64,000 bases of DNA from Haliotis cracherodii. Taxonomy: Eukaryota. A program made the translations under genes and the position numbers. The notes beneath the pieces are model-generated. The model was not told where the DNA came from and searched no databases. It was given only the letters and a program-made list of their open reading frames with translations. Below, piece after piece: positions 20,165 to 30,485 of the stretch (position 1 is the first letter of the stretch; each line of letters starts with the position of its first letter). Location of the stretch: NCBI RefSeq assembly GCF_022045235.1, contig NW_027266267.1, positions 27,094,001-27,158,000 on the forward strand, in the 5' to 3' direction.

Positions 20165-21790
20165 ATGACTGACACCCGCAACGCCACACTCGCAGACATT
20201 CCAGCTCCTTACTCACCCACGCCTGCGGAAGCGCACAACACTTCTGGGAGGTCACTCGAAAACATCGTCCCGACCGAGTATGGCGAAAACACGACATACA
20301 CCACCCCAACCAAACCAGCTAACTCGCCACCACAAAACACCAAAAAACGCAAACTCGACACATCCACTCCACCTCCATCGCCAACACCCTCCCCGGCCGC
20401 CTTCCTCACCACCTTCGCCCTCTACTTCTTCTCAGCAGGCTCAGGCACCACTCTCTCACTGGAACTTTCGGCAGACAAAATAGGACTTTGGTTCAAAAGA
20501 CAAAAAATAAATTACAACAATATTAAAAAAGCCAACAAAGGATACCAGATAATCTTCCCTAACCGAGAATCTTACAACGCAGCAAATAAAATAACTCAAA
20601 TATTCCACGTCACGGTAATCAAACAAACACCTAATTGGCAACAATATACACGAGGCGTAATTAGGGTTAACCCCAGGGAAACAACTGAGGACTTACAATT
20701 ATACTCTCTAGAAGCTAACATAAACCAAGACCAAAACCCTCAACCCCTCATCACCAGCACGCGCAGAATAACCTCAACTAGAAACGGAAAAACGGTCCCA
20801 ACCTCCATTGTCATAATCAACTTTAAAAAAACCGCTAAATTCCCTGAAGCCCCCAAACACATATCCTTCGGAGCCCACACCAACTTAGAAGTCAAACCCT
20901 ATATAAAGCAGGTCAAGCAATGTTCAAAGTGCCTCAAATACAACCACACTGCTTCCCAATGCACCTACCCTAAAACTAAATGTAAAAAATGCGCACAAAC
21001 AGACTGCCCAGGCACATGCACACCCTGGTGCATCCACTGCAAATCCACCCAACACACCTCACTTTCAAACCAATGCCCACACAGACACACACTCACCCAG
21101 CAGGCCAACAAACACGTAAACATAGAAACGGCTAAAATCCAAACACGAAAATTTGCTACACCTGCATCTAAACCACTCCTCCCTACACCACACCCAAACA
21201 CCATCCCACAAACAAACACCACACCCATAACCGACAGCTCTGTCTGGGACCCCTACCGAGAAACCGCACCCACCTCACACACACAAGCAGCCACTCAACC
21301 AACCACGAACCCTCCCAAAACATCAACCCCCGCATGCAAAACAAACCTCAAAATGACCACCACAACACGACCCTCATCCAAGCACCCTACAGCCCATATG
21401 GCAACAACGCTCTCCCACAAGCAAGCACAACAACAAAACACAAACACTAAGAAAACATCAGCTACACCCATCCCGCCAACACCTTCACAACCCTCCACAT
21501 CACATGCCTCCCCCATGGAAACTCAACCATCTAAACCTAATCCAACCCATGACGAAGATTTCTCCACTACTGAGGAAACAATAGACACTACTCCAACTAA
21601 AACAAATCAAACTTCCCAACCAGCCAACACCCCAAACCTAAATAACCTCACCTTACTCCTAGCATATATGCATAGTCAAAACTCACCAAAAGCTAGTATG
21701 GAATCCTTCCACAAAGTAGCTTTCAATCTAAAATTAACCGATCTTCCCTTCTTCCTCTTTAACCTCCATCTAAAAGAACTCACCGAATAA
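20165..21790 (+). CDS. LINE ORF1 gag-like nucleic-acid-binding protein (541 aa)
   Basis: Zinc knuckles CSKCLKYNHTASQC, CKKC..C and CIHCKSTQHTSLSNQC; T/P-rich linker; sits just upstream of ORF2. Confidence 0.9.
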   Translation: MTDTRNATLADIPAPYSPTPAEAHNTSGRSLENIVPTEYGENTTYTTPTKPANSPPQNTKKRKLDTSTPPPSPTPSPAAFLTTFALYFFSAGSGTTLSLELSADKIGLWFKRQKINYNNIKKANKGYQIIFPNRESYNAANKITQIFHVTVIKQTPNWQQYTRGVIRVNPRETTEDLQLYSLEANINQDQNPQPLITSTRRITSTRNGKTVPTSIVIINFKKTAKFPEAPKHISFGAHTNLEVKPYIKQVKQCSKCLKYNHTASQCTYPKTKCKKCAQTDCPGTCTPWCIHCKSTQHTSLSNQCPHRHTLTQQANKHVNIETAKIQTRKFATPASKPLLPTPHPNTIPQTNTTPITDSSVWDPYRETAPTSHTQAATQPTTNPPKTSTPACKTNLKMTTTTRPSSKHPTAHMATTLSHKQAQQQNTNTKKTSATPIPPTPSQPSTSHASPMETQPSKPNPTHDEDFSTTEETIDTTPTKTNQTSQPANTPNLNNLTLLLAYMHSQNSPKASMESFHKVAFNLKLTDLPFFLFNLHLKELTE

Positions 21791-21833
21791 AATAAAAACT
21801 AAAAACTAAATCACCAATCACCCGAAACCAATA

Positions 21834-24800
21834 ATGGAAGGACTAAATATTTTTCAGTGGAACGCCAACGGACTCACCTCCCACGGCCATGAACTAAAAA
21901 CTAAATTTAAACTAAATAAAGGCCCTCACATTGCTTGTATACAGGAAACCAAATTCTCAAAAAAATCGAAATTCACACTACCTAACTACAACTCAGTTAG
22001 AACTGACAGAGCTAAACCGAAAACAAGAAGAGCCGCAGGAGGACTAATCATATTTATCAGGGAAGATATAAATTACGAAGAAATAAAAATAGACACGCCA
22101 AACCTAGAAGCCAACGGCATTAAAATCACATTAAATAACCGAAACATAAACATCATAAATATTTACCACTGGGCGGAACAAAAAGTCCAACCTGAGGATC
22201 TAAACAAACTACTCAAAATAAGCGATAAATCTACTATATTCCTAGGAGACTTTAACGCTCACCATCCTACATGGAGCATAGATGATAAAATAGATAATCA
22301 TGGCAAATTAATCTCCGAATGGATAGAAACAAACGACCTAGTACTCCTTAATAGCAACCAACCCACGAGGTACGATAAGATAACCCAAAAAATGTCGGCT
22401 ATCGACCTAACCATATGCACCGCAGATCTAGCCCAAAGCACTCAATGGGAAGTGCACGACGTCCCGCTAGGTAGCGACCACTTCCCCATAAACATAACCA
22501 TAGGAAATACAAACGTACCAATCCAAACAGAAAACCAAGAACCAAAATTCCATTACAATAAAGCTAACTGGGACCAATTCCAAGATATCTGCAACGAAGC
22601 TAACTTAAACGAAATAGAAAATAATGATCCAGAAACCTATTGTAAAAACCTAACAGACTATATAATAAACGCAGCCAAAACCTCCATCCCCTTCAAAACA
22701 TCTAAGACAGGCAAACCGACGGTACCATGGTGGAATGAGGAAATAGAACAGACCAGACGAAAACATAAATCAGCCTTCAATAAAGCAAAACGCGACTACA
22801 AATATTTAAACATAGCCCACGAACTAAACCACCAGGTTCAAAAACTAGTCCAAATAGCCAAAAGTAGAGACTGGAAAAAATTCTGCGAAGGTATAAATAA
22901 CCGTACAGATGCCAGAACGGTCTGGCGCAAAATCCACGCCATTAGAGGCTTAAAACGACATAAAAAAAACCCCTAACATTAACAACTAAACCAACCCCGC
23001 CCAAAAAGCAAATAATCTCGCCAACCACTTTTCGGCCGTTAGCAGTAACAGCAACTTCAGCCAAAAATTCCAAGATAAACTTAAAACAGAAAACAAACCC
23101 ACAAAAGAACCAAACAATAACAATCTAGAAATAAATCAACCCTACACAATGGAGGAGCTCCTCTACGTAATCCAAAACAGGAAAAAGGGCACAGCCCCAG
23201 GATTAGACCTAACCTCTTACCAAATAATTAAAAAACTCCCCCTAAAACTACTCCAGGCACTACTCAAACTATACAATCTCATCTACCTAAACGGACAGGT
23301 TCCTACTTCCTGGAAACAGGCCCTAGTCATACCAATCCCTAAACCTAATAAACCAGCTAATCAAGCTAACTCATATAGACCAATATCCCTAACTTCAAAC
23401 TTATGTAAAGTAATGGAATCAATGGCTAAAAATAGATTACAACATTACTTAACCCAAAATAACACCATAAACCCAGATCAAAGCGGTTTCACTCCTGGCC
23501 GCTCAACCCTAGATAACCTCGCCCGACTAGAACAAGATATTAAGACAGGACAACTAAATAAACAATATACCACAGGCATCTTCTTAGACTTCTCTAAAGC
23601 TTTCGACATGGTATGGCACGATGGGCTAATACAAAAACTTAAAAAAATAGGACTCAAAGGTCAGATAATAAACTACATCCAGGACTTCTTAAACAATCGT
23701 AAAATAACCGTGGGTATAGACCAAACTCTATCGGACCAATGTCCCCTAGAAAATGGCACTCCACAGGGCAGTATCCTCAGCCCCACCCTCTTCAATATAA
23801 TGATAAACGATCTATTCGAGGGTCTATCCCCTAAAGTAAACACATCAAAATTCGCGGATGATGGAGCCATCTGGATCCGCACTAAAAGCATGAAAATGGC
23901 CAAAAATCTACTCCAAAAATCTCTTAATAAAATACAACAATGGGCTGACAAATGGGGCTTCTCCCTTAACACAGAAAAAACAACAGGAATAGTATTCAAA
24001 CATAAAAACATGAAACCCGCCTCCCCAATCCTCCAGCTAAACAATCAAACAATCAAATTTCAAAAACAAACCAAATTCTTAGGACTTATTTTCGATGAAC
24101 ATCTCACCTGGGATGCTCACATCCAAAACCTAACAACTAAATGCAGTAAAGACCTAAACACCCTAAGATGCCTAACTGGCTCTAACTGGGGAGCCTCCAA
24201 AGATACTCTCCTCTCTCTCTACATATCCCTAATTAGATCAAAACTAGACTACGGCTGCGCCATATACAACACCCTAAACAACTCTCTATCTAAAAAACTT
24301 GACTCAATACAATATCAGGCTCTCAAACTCATTACACGCACCCAACATGGCACCTCCTACACCTCACTTCAGGCCTTAACAGGAGAAATGCCACTAAGTC
24401 TACGCAGGGAACAGCTAAGCTTAAATTTCTGGGCCGCGTCCCAATCAAACCCTCTCATCCAAAACTTAAGCCCCAAACCAAAACATCAGCCCCAAAAACC
24501 AAGCTCTAGCTCGTAAACACCCCTTACTTACAACCAACTAAAACCACACAATCCTTCCGACTCCCAAATAACCAATCAATATTCACGGCCGAACTAATGG
24601 GCATGGCCTCAGCCCTCCACAATCAAGAATCCAAAAACAACCAAAAAATCCTAATACTTACTGACTCCCTAAGTGGACTACAAGCCCTCCAAAACAAAAA
24701 TACCAAAAACTGACCTAAATTAATAAATCAAATACTTAAAAGCTCCAACGACCTAACAAAAGCAGGCAAACAAATAACTTTCTTGTGGATACCCGCCCAC

Positions 24801-25318
24801 GTAGGAATATACGGTAATGAAAACGCCGATAAAGCAGCTAAACTATCACTCAAAATCCCAGAAATAAGCTTAAACTTACCCATCTCAAAATCAGAAATTA
24901 AAAGTGTAAACAAACAAAAAATCACAAAAAAATGGCATAACCTATATCTAAACTCAAATAGCCAAATCAAAAGAGTGCTCAGCAAACCACTAACCAAACC
25001 AAAAATTCTCCATCCATCAAAAAAATCGACAGAGTAATCACTAAACTCCAAACAGGACACACCAACCTAAATAACCACCTAAAAAAACTTAAAAAACACA
25101 CTACAGGTAACTGCCCCCACTGCAAACAACCAGAAACCCCAGAACACGCACTCATCCACTGCACACACTACCTAACACATCGAACCGCATTACAAACCAC
25201 CCTCAATCTAAACAAGGCTCTCACTCTAGAAGCAATACTAAACCCACAAAATAAACTAGAAAACTTCAAGGCCTTAGGCGTATTCTTAATAAAAACGGAA
25301 CTAATAAAACGCATCTAA
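21834..25318 (+). pseudogene. LINE copy 3 ORF2, inactivated
   Basis: Frameshift in an A-run near 22965, TAA at 22987, frameshift near 24470, ~280-bp deletion near 24530 removing IYTDGS of RNase H, TGA at 24711, frameshift near 25020. Confidence 0.9.
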
Positions 25319-25611
25319 AACCATAATAACCTACCAAATCAAAATCACATAAACAAACAAACATCCACCATACCCAGCTCCCTTAGTTCTCCTCCCCAAC
25401 CCCATCGGCATCTATTCCAAATCTCAAAATTCCCAAATTATATATAAGCAACCCCTAAAGCCCCCTCTTGGGTTGCACAGACCACCCTCGCCCCTCTCGG
25501 AAACACATTAAATGGCCTGGCCGGGCCCGTGTGCGAAATACGCATCAGTCGGAAAGCGCACGTTAAATCTCCAAAGTAAGTAAGTACCTTTTGGTATCAC
25601 ATCTGCTCAAG

Positions 25612-25617
25612 AATAAA
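25612..25617 (+). terminator. Polyadenylation signal of the solo LTR
   Basis: AATAAA about 100 nt before the terminal CA, downstream of the inferred TSS. Confidence 0.5.
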
Positions 25618-28600
25618 TACTGGAACTGTCGCCATCAACTCTGTGATTTATATTCTCAACTTTATGTTCTAAGGTCCCCTATATATCTGCGAGAGCGCAC
25701 AGCACACGCGCGTTCTCAATTGCACTAGCTGTGGCATCTGCGCTATTGTACACCACATCGATGTAAATAGTCTCTAGGGTCACGGTGTCATCAGGATGAA
25801 ATTATACTTGTGCTTGTATAGGGAAAGCCCCTCTGTGGGGCGACGGTAAGGGTTCGGGTAGTATTCAGGACACTGGTTGTATGGATACCATCATGAAACA
25901 AGAAGTAAAAGCCATTCTGAAATTGTCTTAACAACGATAACACAATGACTGTGCTCTGAACACAAAGACACACCATTCTCGCCCACCATTTGCAATCCCA
26001 GCCTGCACGATTACTTCCTTGTTGAGTGCACTAACTATGATATCTGCGTTATTGTACACCACACCTATGTAAATAATATCTCGGGTCATGGTAACATGGT
26101 CGTCAGTAGCGTGATGATATATTTGTGTTTATAAAGAGATCGCCTAATGTGGAGCGATGGTAAGAATTTGGGTAGTATTTGTGACTATGTCCATATCATA
26201 TGGATACCAACACAGTAACTGGCCTTCCCTTATTGTCTTTCCATCGACCACAACAATGACTGTGAACACTAAACACACCTACCTCTACTTGTTATTACGC
26301 CCACAATTAGAAGTCCCTGCCTGCACAGGATACGGCAGTCTCGTGAAAGCAGCAGTATAAATACATTTACAATTCACGTTTAGGGTCATGGGTCATTGCG
26401 TTGTTAGGAACCTGCAAAGTGAAGAGGAAAGGTGAAGGTTGGGGTAACATTGTAGCAGTCGGTATACAGATAATCGGGGATGGAGACTTGCACTTTCTGT
26501 TCTTGATTGTTCAACCAAATGGACAATTATTATTACTACATCGCAGTAGGATGTCGTAGAGATATCTATACACTGTATCATTTCAGATCCCGAACATAAG
26601 TGAAAGAGTATTGTTTTATGCGGCTTTTAGCAATATTTCAGCAATGTCAATGCGGGGGACACCAGAAATGGGCTTCACACATTGTACACATGTAGAGAAT
26701 CGAACACCACCAACCCCAAACATATCAGGTGTATCAATACAATGCCACATGGATGAATAAGAATTAGATTTGTCAGCAACATATCTGAGATCGTGTGTGT
26801 AACGAAAATGTTAAACATATAAGGCCTGCATCACTTCCTGGTTTCTTCCCAAATCAAGCTGACACAACTGATATTACACTGCTCACAGTGGCGTTACAAT
26901 AAGCTCACAGTCACGAATAGAGCAACAGGATTATCGCCCTTGGATTGTTGTCCAAGTGTGAACGAGCTCCGCTGAAAATGCTCTGTAAAAGAATGTCCAC
27001 AAGAAATTTGATAATATTATTGGTGTGAAGACGCCATGTGAAGTTCGAAAACACTTGTGATCAAGAGTAGCAGGTCAAAATTGAAATGTCAGCATGTGAA
27101 CTGTGAGATGTTCTCACCTGTGAGCGCTGACACCCCTATATTCGTTTCTGAGTTAGTTTTCGTTAGTTCAATAAGCAATCAGTTATCAGGGATTCAGAGT
27201 ACTTTAACTGAAATGCCAAGGAAATCGATACTTAAGGAAGTAGATAACATTTGTCAAATCTCTGTAGCATGATTAAACATGAAAAACATATTCTCTCTGA
27301 ACAAGAAGTTGATCTTATTATATGAAAAGTGATATTCTTGATATTCTTTATGAAAACATAAATTTGAGACTTGACTTGAGCATATAACTTAAGATTACAA
27401 CATCCAAAGCCTCAGGAAAGCTTCAAAAAGATTAATGGTAGACATTTCCAAATTAGACGTATCAGTCACAATAATTATATTCAATACAAGTGCCTATTTT
27501 GACTTGAATCATGATTATATTCACTTGACTTTTTAGATGAACAATTGACTTGCCTTTGCATGTGTTTGTGACGGGTGCCACTAATTAGGCAGGATGTGTT
27601 TACCTTTTTCACGAACACCTGGTGTCATCACTATTTGATAGTGATTCACAAACACATGCTCATGATGTAGTCGGAATCTAATGAATACGGAAAAGTTCTT
27701 TCGCTTTTATAAAAATATTATCAACTATCGCAAATCAGAACGATCGATTTTCTACAAGTATTAACATTAAAGTATTCGATAACTAAAGAGGAAAATCTCT
27801 TTCTAATGTTCTCTGATGCTATGTAAGACAGAAGGTGGTGTTGTCTTGGATGAGAAGGACAGAGTATTAGCCACATTTACATTTACCCCGTGTCAGTAAC
27901 ATCTATTATCTTTATGAAACCTGGTTACTAGTGAAACACGATGTGGATCATTGTATTGTCCTTTAACCGTAAAGTACAAACTGTGATAAAATTATGCAGT
28001 GCATGTGTGCTGCAAAATCAATTTAATTCAATGTAATATACATTTTCTTCTTATCGACAAGGCAAGGTAAGGATAAAACACTGATAGTCATACGATATGT
28101 ATTAATTTTCACTAGAGAAACGTTTGAAAAATCATTTTCAATTTTGTTGCTTATTGATGTTGAAACATCAAGGGAGCATATCAAAAGATTATTTGATGTA
28201 AAATACCCTTGCCATTCAAACACCACGTGAATTAGACAATTAAATTCTTGATATGTTGTATGGAGGATGTTACGGTATGTATTAACCCCGTATCATCTGA
28301 CCTTTGACCAGGCATTTCATCAAGAGATATGCCGAGAAAGGCATGCGCCTACTTTATTGTTTATGGTAACGCAACAAGAAAATAAACAGTGTGAAAACAT
28401 GAATAAATTAAAATGTCAGAGACAGATTATTGTGGCAACTGCTTCACTACTTAAGTTGTTTTACATACCTAATATATGTCTGTACCGATTAAATATTAAA
28501 TATGTATAGTAAATGGTTCAAGGGACGTTGAGCCCAGATCCATTTATGAAAACGCATATTTATCTGTACACATTTACACGGTTTCTATTTGTCAGGAAAC

Positions 28601-29826
28601 ATAAAGTTTTCCTCCATCTAAAAGTCGAATCTATTGTATAATGCCTACAACACCCTATCCAGCCCCTATCATTCTCTCTTCTAAACACTCGCTACAACAA
28701 ATGTCCGCTGTCTACCTTCTCATTAACACACTACGTCAACATTTTCATTTACCTCATTCACTATCAATCAATATTCCAACTCTTCGTCCTCTTTCTCAGT
28801 TTACATATTCCACAGGTCCACCAACTGGGCCTAAACACAATGTGTACATGCGGGGGTTGTTGACGCCATTTTGTCACCTTCGTGCACAATTGCTGCAATT
28901 TGTCCTTTCATTACTTTCTCTACTGATCTTATGAAACCTAAATGTCTATTGTTTCACTTCTTGTAACACCCTCATCACAGTACATGGGGGTGAACGGTTA
29001 GTGTGTGAATGTTGCTGTTTTGTGCAACATGTGTCACACTGAGGAACGTGTCAGTTTTAAAAGTCTTATAGTAAAGCTAGAATTGTACCTTTCAGGATTC
29101 AATCTAGGATTTTGTTGTCGTAGTAAGCAGCCAAGGTACGACATGCTCTGAAGGTTCGTTGTATGAACCTAACTTGTATATGTATGTATATATCTACTCT
29201 GCATAAACATAAACATGCAAGTGGTCCTGCGTTTGATTTGCCCTATAAAGAAAAGAATAAACATGTTAACAGTTGTGAAAGTTTATTTTACGATTCAATT
29301 CATTATACAACTGACAGCATTAATCCCTGTGACCCAGCTGGAATATTGCTAATAGTGGCTCATTGTATGATCCAAATTTGAATATGTAGGCATATATACA
29401 ATGTGTGTGGAGAAATAAACATGTAATCAGAACTAAAGTGACCAGTGACATTTGTAAACATGTTAACATCTGTGAAAGTGTATTCTATATCTGACTATCA
29501 GCATTATTCACTATTAACCCCTATCACTGGTGGGAAACATACCCTTTGCCAATGTATTAGGGGTTGGTCTTGTATGGAGTCAGGCATGAAGTATGTGGAC
29601 GTATATCACATGCAGAGTTCTACCACATTTCACATACGGACAAACCAGTCAAAACAGACTTACATATTACATGATTATTTATTTATTTACATGTGATCTG
29701 AATATAACAAAAAGCGAACGCCAGCTTTTATATGTTTAACTCTCCGAACTGACATCAGGCAGTCAGTCATAGATTTGAGTCGTGCTTCTGGCTTCTGTTT
29801 GTCGTTCCAATAGGTTTTTATAACGA

Positions 29827-30102
29827 GTGAGTGAGTTCGGTTTAACGCCGCTTTTAACAGTATTCCAGTTATACCACAGCGTGTGTGCTTAATGTTGGAG
29901 GAAAGCCCGAAGTGATGCAGGTCTCAGGTGTTTACCACTTCGGTGAAACCCACGAGCACAGGTATGGTGCTGACAAACCTAGAAACATAATCGGGGCGAA
30001 CCGGGATTCGAACCCACAATCATAGGTTTCTGGCGTGCCTAAGGGACGCAACTCTGCACAGCGAATCGCGGCGCCTTAGACGACTGGGCCACCCGTGCCC
30101 CC
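29827..30102 (-). mobile_element. tRNA-derived SINE (Leu-like head), full length
   Basis: Head GGTGGCCCAGTCGTCTAAGGCG...GGTTCGAATCCC, tail GCGGCGTTAAA+(ACTC)n, TSD TTTTATAACGA at 29816-29826 and 30103-30113. Confidence 0.85.
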
Positions 30103-30485
30103 TTTTATAACGAAGTAACATCTATGTCGTAACAACCATTGTGTAAAAGAATACACTTCCATGTCTTACATGACTCTTCTGCATCCCTACTGTAGGATGA
30201 ATAACTATATCTGCGTTTCTAATTGATTGTATCTTTGAGGAAGTATTGTGTTTTGGACAGATGAATTGTTGTCTACGTCTGAGGACATGTGCACTTAATT
30301 ACATTGAACATGAAGGTGTTGCTTTTGTACCTCAAATACAAGTAAGTTTCAAACTTCATTAGATCTTTTTTTTTTACTTTCATTTCTAAACGAATGTCCA
30401 ATCAGAACTTAGGTTGTCTTTCATGTCTTAGCAATCACCATTGTAATTGCATCTAAATGTGACTTTTCTTGGCTGCCTCCTCATT

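Larger units (their letters stand above)
19580..25586 (+). mobile_element. Non-LTR retrotransposon copy 3 (I/Nimb-type), apparently full length, ORF2 decayed
   Basis: Starts GCATT (Inr-like), ~585-nt 5' UTR, ORF1, broken ORF2, 3' UTR and (TAAG)n tail. Flanked by CCCCTTTGGTATC (19567-19579) and CCTTTTGGTATC (25587-25598). Confidence 0.9.
3994..25718 (+). mobile_element. Solo LTR (~0.8 kb, Gypsy-like) split into 3994-4668 and 25587-25718 by nested LINEs
   Basis: Starts TGTT, ends TCA, ATTG duplicated at 3990-3993 and 25719-25722. The empty site (CCTTGTTGATTG|CAC) is seen in the paralogs near 37071 and 47898. CCAAT and TATATAAAA (4638) lie in the left part, AATAAA (25612) in the right part; no internal domain or PBS. 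Confidence 0.8.

Noticed and set aside
4669-25586. LINE array as a tandem duplication or assembly artefact
   Set aside because: The copies are substantially diverged and have different 5' ends, tail repeats and junction duplications.
27560-27640. TGACGGGTGCCAC...GAACACCTG motif (also near 38003), possibly the end of a dispersed repeat
   Set aside because: Both occurrences are explained by the segmental duplication, and no termini or TSD could be defined.
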